Positions 11,080 through 21,376 of a stretch of DNA of 64,000 nucleotides are shown here, in pieces. The position numbers were made by a program, and so were the translations under genes. How positions within the stretch are numbered: position 1 is the stretch's first letter; each line of letters begins with the position of its first letter. The notes below the pieces were generated by a model. That model did not search any database, was not told the DNA's origin, and saw only the letters and a list, made by a program, of their open reading frames with translations. The stretch lies in NCBI GenBank assembly GCA_048013815.1, contig CM106585.1, forward strand, positions 11,284,001 through 11,348,000, read 5' to 3'. This DNA is from Setoptus koraiensis. Lineage: Eukaryota; Animalia; Arthropoda.

Positions 11080-13822
11080 TCTAACACTCCCCGAGTGCGC
11101 ACCGTTTAGCTCGCTACATTGCAAGCTCGATGACACACGTAAAGAAAACAGGGATCAAAGAACTCTGACAGGGTGTAGGTAGTAATAGGGTGAGAACAAC
11201 GAGATCACTGGCACAACGAACAGCAGCTAGACAAATACTGCGAATTCTGCAGCACAGTGCTGTGTGTATGCTACGGGCACTACGACTCGTAGTCTGCGAG
11301 AGTTTATTTAGTTGGTGGCGCAGTCACGGAAATATATTGCAATACATGAATGGGCCATTCACACACAATTCTTATCTAACTAATACAACCACAGTGCATA
11401 AAGAGCTGTTGCCTGACCCTCTTGCGATACAACAACTTTACCCTGTGTGTATCATACAGACTGAATAATTCAGACACAATTTATTCTGCGTGTGTTTGCC
11501 ATGATTACATGAGCGCTTCTGCCCACGCAAAACTACACTCGTTAAAAATTTGAGATTATCGCTTGGCGATCTTGTACGCTCCTGTAACAAGCTGCTTCAT
11601 GAGCAGCAATCAATGCGCTTTTATATCTACTGAACACCTCGAAATTAGCTCTTTATTCTAACTCTGCAACAACGCTGTTGTGCAGCATTGGTGCAATGAT
11701 TACGCTGACATAATGATGATTTTATTTTGTAGCTAAGCGCCACAACACATCGAGAAATTCAACATGTAGAGGAAGTTTCGATAATCTCTGACAGTTTTCA
11801 TTTCGAGCCTCCCAAAGTTAGATCCTCCGAGTGAATCAATATCGAAGGATTGCTTCAAAGAACTGTGACAACTGAAGGTATTGCGGGCTTGAGGACTCAA
11901 GCTTGCCATCGTGAGGCACAGGTGAGAAGTATCAATTATGCGGCTAGTTTGGTCTAGCACATGTTGATGATGGTGGGCTTAGCTCGACAACAAAAAGCTA
12001 TGTCAAAGGCAAAGAAATAGTCGACAGGGTTATTTTGTTTCCGGAATTGAAACAAAAAGCCAGATCGAAAAAGATAACTAATGTAAAGGAGATACTGAAT
12101 ATTTTCGTGTAGCAGACTGCCTTTCAGTATGGCTAAAAATATCAAGTTCCAAAATGACACTTTCCCAGCATTGACAAGAACTCTGAATGATGTTTTCACC
12201 AAGAGCAAAAGCTGCATGTCATCGCTCTCCTTAGATCACACGATAATTCAAAAAGCAAACAAGTTGATTGGTGTCAGGTAGTTTTCCCATTTCTATCACT
12301 AAAAATATTTGTACACATCCGCAAATTGGTCAACAAGTCCGTTACTCGTCTGTAAATAGTTTGTCATTCAGGAACTACGCCGGCCACAGAAGCAACATCT
12401 GTGACAACAAAGCAATAATTGGTCGCATAATACATGTAATAATGATCATATATTTGACTGTTGCATCTGTAGAGGCCTTATCTTTTACGAGTTCTTGTGT
12501 TAATCTACACTCACATCAATGTATACTAACCCAAGTTACTAAAAATATACTATACCTGTTTTGAAATACAAATGATATAATAACATGTAAATAATGCAAG
12601 AAAAATTGATGATATGATGGTTCATCTCTCAACATGATCTCTGACTGATTCATTGTTGTTTAGTATTGATAAAAAACATTGTATATCCACAGATAGAGAG
12701 ATATTAACATCATTATTGTTATTATAGATATCATGCACGTTGACTCATTATATGCAAAGCAATGAACTTTCCTGGTGTGACCTGGTGTGTTTCAGTCATG
12801 CATCTGCGATATGATGATGCGAAAATTCTCACTTGTACAGAATCAACCACCAGCTAGAAACATTTCTATTTCAGAGATCTCTTAGGTATTATCTAACAGG
12901 TGATTATGCAAACTTTGTGTGCTTTGAAAGGCTTACTTTGAGGCGTGGATGGTTTTGCGAACTCATACAGCAGGGCATTTAGCAGGTGTAGTTAGTGAGT
13001 AATCTGAACTAATCAGTCTTGTTGGTCAAACCAGAATAGAATGTGTGGGCAAAATATGATGCCGCTGGGCAAGTTTTCCCATGATTTTATAAAAATGTTG
13101 AGATGACCAATGATACAGCTTCACAAAGTTCATTGTGTTAGCGTGTTTCAGCAAAAATTATATTCAAAAACCAACATTCACATAATTTTAAATGTTGCAG
13201 TTGATAACAACTTGATTTGCAAAAATATCATGATCTTGTCAGTCATTGTTTGTACTCTAAAAACCAAAAGGATAGAATAGGTTAGATTTACTGGTTTCTG
13301 TTGGCTCTTCTGTGGAAAACAATGAGTGACTTATAGAACAGAATTTGCCTGCGAAGGATAGACTTCGGTTATCAGTCGTCAAGATTGTTAACTAATCAGA
13401 TCCTCTAATCTCCTTTTAATGATCTGTAGCAACGTAGCGCGTTCAGTAAGGTATCGGTTATTGATTGATTATTGAGCCTGGTATCAAAACTTTCGAGTTG
13501 AGCAGAATACACAGCCTTGCTGTTTTAGGATGCGCATTTTTTAGTTTATCGGCACTGTCAGAACCTGTTGTGTAATTACAGTCCCGTCGTTTTCATTTTG
13601 ATGAATACAGTTGTATCATTATATCAAAATGGTACACAACATGACATGTACATTCCGACAAATACAAAAAAAAGAATAAAAACTTTAAGGTTTGCCGGTT
13701 CTTCGTTCGATTGATTGGAGCATGCGCAAGTTTTATGTAAATACTGATCAGATGTTTCATGTCAAGTATAAATTCAATCTTGGAACCTACTATGCTATTT
13801 TGATTTAGACTAAATCTCGAAA

Positions 13823-14137
13823 ATGGGCTCGCACGAAGACAATAACCTAATAGAACAAGATAATAGGAATAGGACGGAAAGACTTGCTCAGAAACTATCC
13901 AGATTAAAGAACGTTGCCGTAGACATTGAGCAAGAAACAAAAGATCACATACCGCTTTTAGATGGAGCTAATTCAGCACTGGAGCGAACTATGAATATGC
14001 TAGGATCTGGACGACTCAGAGTCGTATCCCTGTTGCAGTCAAATCGTCGCAACCGAAAGCTATTTTGTTATACAGTGTTAGTGGTCACCCTCCTTTTGAT
14101 AATTGGATATCACATAATCACCAGAGGTGATGCATGA
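13823..14137 (+). CDS. BET1L: Golgi Qc-SNARE BET1-like (GS15), intronless, 104 aa
   Basis: SNARE helix LAQKLSRLKNVAVDIE..LLD, then NRKL and a C-terminal tail anchor; the length matches the BET1L family. Confidence 0.8.
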   Translation: MGSHEDNNLIEQDNRNRTERLAQKLSRLKNVAVDIEQETKDHIPLLDGANSALERTMNMLGSGRLRVVSLLQSNRRNRKLFCYTVLVVTLLLIIGYHIITRGDA

Positions 14138-14185
14138 TTCAATTGGAGGATATTAAAAAAATATGAATATCTAGCACCGTTGTGG

Positions 14186-15577
14186 TCACTCGTTAGTTTT
14201 TTTACTATTATCTCTGTTAAGATATTTTTCTCTGAAATTAGCATCAAGTAAATATGAAATAATACAAACATTCTCTCTACCGTAAATATTCACGGCTTCA
14301 TCTATACTCCTAATTTTCTCCATGACAATCATAACTCGGGAAAGTTGTTGAGTTAGCGTTTGTTCGCTGAAAGAGATCAATTGGAAACACTTATGCAGGG
14401 GGATGTGGTCTTCCACTGTAGCCACTTGTCTAGAGACTGGCAACCAATAAACCAGCCGTCCCCCAATGACAATGTGATTGGCCGCAAATGTCAACAAGTC
14501 TGTTAAGATATCTCTCATTTTATAATCTATCTTGGATGGAAAATGTTGAGCATAAGCATCAAATGGCAAGAGTTTGGCTTTTTGCGTTCCAACTTTTTCT
14601 GTAGATTCACGAATACCATAGGGTGGATCTGTAATGATTGCATCTATCGTTAAAGATGACCTGAATGGACTGCGCGCGGCATCTGATACTAAGACATCTA
14701 AATATTTATCATCAAGGTTGTATTGGGCCAGGTTGCACCTGACACTTTCGTCTGGCTGTCTCGTTTTCAGACCTTGCCTAGATGGTTTGGAGCGTCCATG
14801 TAGAAGTAGAAAATTTATATCAGAACCAAACACGTAGGCACCTTGATATGCTGCGCCAATGAGAAGGCTACCTGAACCAACGAATGGATCATATACTAGG
14901 GAGTTTTTCTTTATATTGGCCACGTTTGCCATTATTAGGCTAAGAGTAGGGTCCATGGACGTATTTGCAATGAATTTTCTCGTTTTTAGACTAAAGTGTT
15001 TAATAATAGATCTATTGCCATCTGTTAGCCATCGTGTGAAGAATAATCGCTTGGGTTTGCTGTCGGACGTAATGATATTTGGATCTTCGCCGTAATATTC
15101 AAACAAGGAATAGACCTGTTCGGGATTTTTCAGATTGATTTCGCCTTTGAAACCGGACAAGAAGTGCATTTTTTCTATCGTTTGAATTTTGTACTCTTGA
15201 GATGCTTTGGAGCCATAGCTTTCCACGTTGATTCTGAATGATTGTTTCGTAAAACTACTCTCTCCCGTGTTGATATTCACTCTGACACTTTCATAAAGAT
15301 CATCGTGAGATTCTGACGAGTGAGCCAAGATCTCCGATAGACTCTTGGCGAGAACACTGTTTGCCACACATTGTTTCAATGAGCTGATATCATCAGTTTC
15401 CACAACAATATAAGGATCATGTGGGGAGCACGGGATATCCGTTGTGAGATTGAATTCGCATTGATACTTCGTTGCCAATGCTCTAAATTCGGGCCAACGG
15501 AATGTCAAATGCTCCTTAACGAAATGTATAAGATAAAGTTTTTTAGTTGAATTCATCTGTCCGGTGAAATTGGGCAT
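14186..15577 (-). CDS. TRMT11: tRNA (guanine(10)-N2)-methyltransferase TRMT11, intronless, 463 aa
   Basis: LKTRKFIANTSMDPTLSLIMAN, SAM motif VYDPFVGSGSLL, DAIITDPPYGIRE and GGRLVYWLP. Confidence 0.94.
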   Translation of the reverse strand: MPNFTGQMNSTKKLYLIHFVKEHLTFRWPEFRALATKYQCEFNLTTDIPCSPHDPYIVVETDDISSLKQCVANSVLAKSLSEILAHSSESHDDLYESVRVNINTGESSFTKQSFRINVESYGSKASQEYKIQTIEKMHFLSGFKGEINLKNPEQVYSLFEYYGEDPNIITSDSKPKRLFFTRWLTDGNRSIIKHFSLKTRKFIANTSMDPTLSLIMANVANIKKNSLVYDPFVGSGSLLIGAAYQGAYVFGSDINFLLLHGRSKPSRQGLKTRQPDESVRCNLAQYNLDDKYLDVLVSDAARSPFRSSLTIDAIITDPPYGIRESTEKVGTQKAKLLPFDAYAQHFPSKIDYKMRDILTDLLTFAANHIVIGGRLVYWLPVSRQVATVEDHIPLHKCFQLISFSEQTLTQQLSRVMIVMEKIRSIDEAVNIYGRENVCIISYLLDANFREKYLNRDNSKKTNE

Positions 15578-15820
15578 TTGAAGTTGAAGAACAGAAAAGA
15601 ATGGTCCTTACTCCTCACGATATAAACACATAAAACACATGCAGCAGGATAAATAGAAGTGCGCACATTTTTGAAAAAACACGTGGTGAAACTATCGATT
15701 ACCCTATGCTGAAAACAATCATCATTAGATAATTCAAGTTACTTGATAAATTCAAAATCAGAATTTATCCATATTTATTCGTCGAATAACTATATAAGAG
15801 ACACGTACTTGTACGATTTA
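15578..15820. promoter_or_regulatory. Short bidirectional promoter region between TRMT11 and EARS2
   Basis: 243 bp between divergent ATGs. Contains a DRE-like TATCGATT near 15693. Function is inferred from position only. Confidence 0.55.
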
Positions 15821-17582
15821 ATGGTTTTCAGGCGAAAGTGTCTGAGGTTTTTCATTCAATTGAACCGATGCCACAGCTCTCACTCAAGCTCAAAGAAAAT
15901 ATCCCATGTATCACAGAACCTGGTTAGAGTTAGGTTTGCACCTAGTCCCACAGGAAAGATGCACTTTGGTGGGCTAAGAACGGCTTTATTCAATCATATT
16001 TTTGCAAAACAGAATAATGGGTCCTTTGTTCTTAGGATAGAGGATACCGATAAAGCACGACTTGTCGAAGGTTCTGCCGAACACATAGAAGATATACTTA
16101 CTTGGTTTAACATACCACCAGACGAAAGTCCGCTAAAAGGCGGACCGTACGAGCCTTATGTGCAGTCGAAAAGACTTTCGTCATATAAAGCAATAGCCGA
16201 GAGATTGGTTGAAGAGGGACTAGCATATCGTTGTTTTTGCAGCGAGATGCGTTTGGAACTACTAAGAAAACAACAAGCTAAAAATCGACAAAGGATTCGA
16301 TACGATGGAAGGTGCAAGTTATTGACCAAGTCAGAAATTGAAGATAAATTGAAGGAAAATGATGGTCGCTATGTGATAAGATTTGCGTTGCAACCAGGAT
16401 CGCTTACTTTTGAGGATGGAGTTTTTGGAAAGAACACTCAGGACCTTGTGAGGTCCGGCGAGGGTGACTTCGTCATTTTGAAACGAGATGGATATCCAAC
16501 TTATCATTTAGCTAACGTTGTTGACGATAATGCCATGAACATTACACATGTGCTGCGAGGCGGGGAGTGGCTAGCATCAACCACAAAGCACATTCAAATC
16601 TATAAATCTCTTGGTTGGCAAGTGCCCAGCTATTATCACTTCCCTCTACTTACCAACGATGATGGGACCAAGCTTTCCAAACGCCAGAACGACATGGATC
16701 TCGAAACTTGGCGATCTAGGAGCTTCGATAGCTTGGCAATTTTAAACTATCTCACTGCTTTGGGTGGTGGAATGCCGAGTAAGTTAACATCTAATGTCTC
16801 AATTGAGCGATCTCTACTTCAATGATTCACTACTGATTTTGATACTGACGTTTTTTTTCTCGCTTAGAGTCGAAACAGGATACTGTGGATGTGTGGGACC
16901 TCTCGAGACTAATCGAAGAGTTTGATTTCAGTCGTATTCTGACAAACTCTTCCAGATTCAGTGTCGAACGTTTGATAAAACACAATGCCTGTGCATTAAA
17001 AACTTCTTGGGAGAATGACCCTGATGTATTCGTTGATCGTTGTTTAGATTTCTTAAAGAGCCGCAATATAACAGTTGACCTAAAAACTGTCAGCATGAAG
17101 CATCTGATTGGACTCATCATAGATAGGCTATGCTCTTTCGAAGATCTACTAAGTAATGAATATGTGTTTCTGTGGCACTGTCCTGAATTGAATTTCTCGG
17201 ACGCTAAGTATGAATTGGATTATGGTAAGTTAAGATTATGCACCATTATAAGAAATTCTCACATTTTATTAAGATTTATTGTATTCTAATCAAAGAAAAA
17301 ACAACTTTCGTCCGGATAGCCTTTTGCTTGACTGAGACCATTAGAACAGTCGAGGAGTCAGAGTCCTTCGAAAAAGACTCGCTGATGTCTGATTTAAAAC
17401 TGTGTGCTGCCAAAAATAATTTGAATTGGCCGGATTACATGAGATTTCTAAGAAAATCGCTCACAAATTGTAAGGTGGGACTGCCTGTTGTGGAGATATT
17501 GATGTTATTGGGTCAAAGCCGTTCTGTTGAATATCTCAAATCAGCTCTTCAATATGTACAACACTTGGATGCCAATAAATAG
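15821..17582 (+). CDS. EARS2: Mitochondrial glutamyl-tRNA synthetase; exons 15821-16778, 16868-17224, 17320-17582, about 525 aa
   Basis: RVRFAPSPTG-HFGG (HIGH), LRIEDTD, RCFCS, YHLANVVDD, HVLRGGEW and KLSKR (KMSKS); basic N-terminal presequence. Two phase-1 GTAAGT..AG introns restore the frame; the last acceptor could alternatively be 17295. Confidence 0.94.
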
Positions 17583-17608
17583 TAGAGTTGACGATGCAAA
17601 TAAACGCT

Positions 17609-18603
17609 TCAGATTCTCCTTCTCGAAGCTAGTAAATTTTTGTGAATAACTGCAGTATGCTTCTTCAACGAACTAGCGTCTTGGTATGACATCTCGCAGT
17701 GATCACAGTGGAAAGGTTTAGATACAGTAACCATAGGCGACTTCGATCTAGTTGTTCGGGGACTTGGGGTCTGGAGAATCGAGCTTGTATCTTTTCGGAT
17801 TGTCACTTTTTTGGTAACACTAGACTTCTCTTTAATGGCAGAAGGCTTATCTTTAGTAGCACTCGGCTTTTCTCTAGTAGCACTTGGATTCTCTCTAGTA
17901 GCACTTGGCCTCTCTTTAGTTGCACTTGGCCTCTCTTTAGTAGCACTTGGTCTCTCTTTAGTAGCACTTGGCCTCTCCTTAGTAGCACTTGGCCTCTCCT
18001 TGATAGCACTTGGCTTCTCTTTAGTAGCACTGGCGGCTCTTCTTCTAGTTGTAGCACTGCTTGGAACCTCATATGATTCCTCATCAGTGGTGTCTCCAAC
18101 AGGGTCCGGCACAACAACAGGCACACTTTCAGAGACATATTTTTTCTCTTTAGAGTTTTGTTCATCTGGTGTGTATGTTGAGTTAAAACCCGGAATTATC
18201 ACAGTTAGCTTTTCTAAAAGATACTGTTCAATTTCTAAATCTGTGGGCTTGGCTTGAATGCGCCTAGAGTTGGAGGTTGCAAGAAGTTTTTTTCTTTCAT
18301 TGAACTCATCCTTAGTGAGCAGCCAACCGGCTGGAATCTGTTCAGTTTTAAATGGTAAAAGTTTTGTAAGTGAATACGATAATTAATTACGCAAAAATTA
18401 TAACAGACTGTATATGGCGACAACAACAATTAAGTGAAACCTATTGAATTGTTAGATGAATTATCTGATTTCCAACTCACTTTGTTGTTATTGACCATGA
18501 ATTCGCTATTTTTTTTGAGGCTCAACAAAGCTCGATCGATGGCATCAGGGGTCCTATTGGCACCTTTCGCTGGTCTACCTTTTCTTTTTCTCTGGAAGGC
18601 CAT
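17609..18603 (-). CDS. Orphan nuclear protein: AT-hook-like N-terminus, heptad repeats, single C2H2 finger; exons 18603-18481 and 18337-17609, about 283 aa
   Basis: Exon 1 encodes MAFQRKRKGRPAK.... A phase-0 intron (GTGAGT 18480 to CAG 18338) joins it in frame to IPAGWLLTK.... C-terminal finger FHCDHCEMSYQDASSLKKHTAVIH. Confidence 0.72.
17822..18031 (-). repeat. Coding 21-bp minisatellite, 10 units, encoding (S-A-T-K-E-R-P)n
   Basis: Read directly in both DNA and protein; units are most similar in the centre and degenerate at the edges. Confidence 0.95.
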
Positions 18604-19592
18604 AGTGGATGGAATGCGTCGTTTGTTTTTTAAGATTAATAATTGTATAATGGTGTCGATAAAAAAAAGTATTTGTGCGTAAAGTGCAGATTCAACTTGC
18701 ACTGTGGTGCCCAAAGGGGTTGTTGTTTCGAGAGTAAAGTTTGTATTAGATTAATTAGGTGCTGAGCCAACACACAACCCACGTTTGTGAGCCACTTCGA
18801 TATGTGCAACATGGACGCTATACCAACTGTGACCTACACGCATTACATATGCGAGAGCATGTGTGCCGCCCGGTCAGAAAAAAGTAGGTGTGACAGCATC
18901 TCGATACATCCACGGACGCGCGCGCGCGGATTCTTTCTTTCGATTTGGCTTGCCAATAATCTAGAATATCCAGAATAATATTCGAATGATACCCCAGTTG
19001 GGGGCTAGATTTGCTGTTATTTGGTTTTTAGTTGACATCGTGAGAGCTCGTTTTTGGGACCGTGTTACGGGGCGGTTACCCGCCGCATGCACAATTCCGC
19101 GCGGCCAATGCCGGGCATCGATCTATTTTCGATTTGAGACCGCACATTCAGAAGCACAAAGACACAACGCAACCGCGTGCCCTTCACTACACAACAACAA
19201 AACCCTCACTCGACTGAAGCTCTCGGATAAGGCGCCAACGCTAACGAAACCGGCGCCCAAATGATGCAACTAGTGGTATAAGTATGAACTAGTCAGCGCA
19301 TATTGAGGCTGCACTGTCCGCTATTCAAACCTGATTTCAGCCGAAGCATCCAGCGAGTGGGGGTGTGAAGGGCGAATGCGCTACAACAATCCACTTTTGT
19401 TCGCTGTCTAGCATCAATTTAGGCGCCTATCAATTCAAAAAGCTTCATAAAATACCTACCGAGTGGCGTGATATTTGAAAAGTGTTCTTGATATTTAAAC
19501 CAGAGGACAAGCTATCAAATGAAAATTCATTCGTCGATCTGTTATTAACGCAAAATTAACCCCATTAATAGACCAATTGTATATCGAGAACC

Positions 19593-20609
19593 ATGAGTCG
19601 TCTAAGACAATTGAAATTCAACAAATTCGGTGACCCATTAGAGGTTTTGAAGCTGTACCAATCTGATGTCAATCCGTATATATCACAAATATTACAACCT
19701 AAACAATTACTGGTCAAGTACTTAGCATCGCCGATAAACCCAGCTGACATTAACACAATCCAAGGTACTTATGGCGTTAAACCTCCCTTACCCGCAGTGC
19801 CAGGCAACGAGGGACTGGCTTGCGTAATGAGGCAGGGGAATGCAGTTGACCAATTCAAGGAAGGCGACAACGTGATAATGGTTGGCGGCCAGGGTGGAAG
19901 TTGGTCTACCCATGGTATTGTAGAAGAAAAATATCTAGTCAAAGTGGATAAAGACCTTGATCTTGAGGCTGCAGCCCAATTGAAAGTTAATCCTTGCACT
20001 GCATTTAGGATGCTGAAAGATTTTATAAGCTTGAAACCCGGTGATTCTGTCATTCAAAATGGTGCTAACTCAGCTGTGGGTGTATATTCTATTCAACTTG
20101 CAAAACTGTGGAACGTTCGCACGATTAATATCATCAGAGATAGACCCAATATAGCAGATGTGATCAAAGAGCTTAAAGAGTATGGAGCAGATTACGTTCT
20201 GACCGAGACTGAAGTCAGACAGCCAGATACTATGAAAGAGATTTTCAAAAATATTAAGAAACCCAAATTAATGTTGAACTGCGTCGGAGGTAAAAATGCC
20301 CGTGATTGTCTGCGACACTTGGATCACTCTGGCTACTGTGTGACTTATGGTGGGATGTCTAGGCAACCATTCGAGATCCCTCTTGGATCGCATATATTCA
20401 ATAATCTTGCTTTTTTCGGCTTCTGGATGTCGAGGTGGTATGAGAATAATGAAAGAAATAAGATCGAAAACATGGTGAATGAATTGGCCGGTTATTTCAA
20501 GAGTGGTCAGTTGAGAGCCAAGAGAAGTAAAATGATTAGTCTGGATGAATTTCAAGAGGCTTTATCGACTAATTTTGCCAATGTAAAATACATATTTCGC
20601 CCGGAGTGA
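19593..20609 (+). CDS. MECR: Trans-2-enoyl-CoA (ACP) reductase, MDR family, intronless, 338 aa
   Basis: FGDP..VL, ASPINPADINTIQGTY (catalytic Tyr), GNEG, VNPCTAFRML, QNGANSAVG, NCVGG, VTYGGMS and GFWMSRW. Confidence 0.95.
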   Translation: MSRLRQLKFNKFGDPLEVLKLYQSDVNPYISQILQPKQLLVKYLASPINPADINTIQGTYGVKPPLPAVPGNEGLACVMRQGNAVDQFKEGDNVIMVGGQGGSWSTHGIVEEKYLVKVDKDLDLEAAAQLKVNPCTAFRMLKDFISLKPGDSVIQNGANSAVGVYSIQLAKLWNVRTINIIRDRPNIADVIKELKEYGADYVLTETEVRQPDTMKEIFKNIKKPKLMLNCVGGKNARDCLRHLDHSGYCVTYGGMSRQPFEIPLGSHIFNNLAFFGFWMSRWYENNERNKIENMVNELAGYFKSGQLRAKRSKMISLDEFQEALSTNFANVKYIFRPE

Positions 20610-20692
20610 TCAATTAATAGTGCTGACAATAAAGGCTAGATTTATAATTTATTGAATTCAAATTTTGTTTATCGTAATTGTGGGCCTTTGTC

Positions 20693-21139
20693 TTATTTGC
20701 CACCTTTTCTGAACGCATCTTCAATGGCGTCTTGAGAGGCTTCCTCAAAGTCACACGCCTGGACATATTTGTAAACACCAACGAGGGCCTTCTTGAGTGC
20801 GTCGTAACTAGATGAGTAAAGCATTTTTTGTTTGATTTTAGATTCTTCTGGACACCAAGTCATTAGTACCAATCTATCTACACACATGGATGTTTTATCT
20901 CCTGATCCTTCGACTAGTACACTTGCTGGGAAATCAAACACACAATAGCGGCATTCTTTTTTGAATCCTCGTAGCTGCTCTAAGAAATCTGAATATTTGG
21001 CATCTCTAGGTCCGGTGGACTCGACATCGATCACCTTTTCATCTTTGATGTGATAAATGATGTAGCGAAATTTTTTATCTTTCTTCACCTCCTCGTAGAC
21101 GGTCTTTGCTTCTGCGGATACGGACACACCAGAAGACAT
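20693..21139 (-). CDS. tsr: Cofilin/actin-depolymerising factor (twinstar), 148 aa, no intron in the CDS
   Basis: MSSGV (regulatory Ser), KKDKKFRYIIYHI, CRYCVFDF, WCPE and KMLYSSSYDALKKAL. Confidence 0.97.
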   Translation of the reverse strand: MSSGVSVSAEAKTVYEEVKKDKKFRYIIYHIKDEKVIDVESTGPRDAKYSDFLEQLRGFKKECRYCVFDFPASVLVEGSGDKTSMCVDRLVLMTWCPEESKIKQKMLYSSSYDALKKALVGVYKYVQACDFEEASQDAIEDAFRKGGK

Positions 21140-21343
21140 TTTGGTATTTTAATATTGATTTAATACACTGAAGAGATATATAATAGTGGTGGTGTTGGTG
21201 GTGGTGGTGATAGTAGTAATAATAAATAATAATAATCTATACTATTAAGATGAAGATTTTGTGACAATTGTGAGTACTCTGGATTAGATGTGAAGAAATG
21301 GCTTGCTCATTACACTCAATATATAGATTGAAAGATAGAAAAG

Positions 21344-21376
<33 letters not shown>

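Noticed and set aside
17699-18257. Plus-strand ORFs with (LVALGLS)n and (STWPLFS)n that look like membrane proteins
   Set aside because: They are antisense shadows of the 21-bp coding repeat in the zinc-finger gene.
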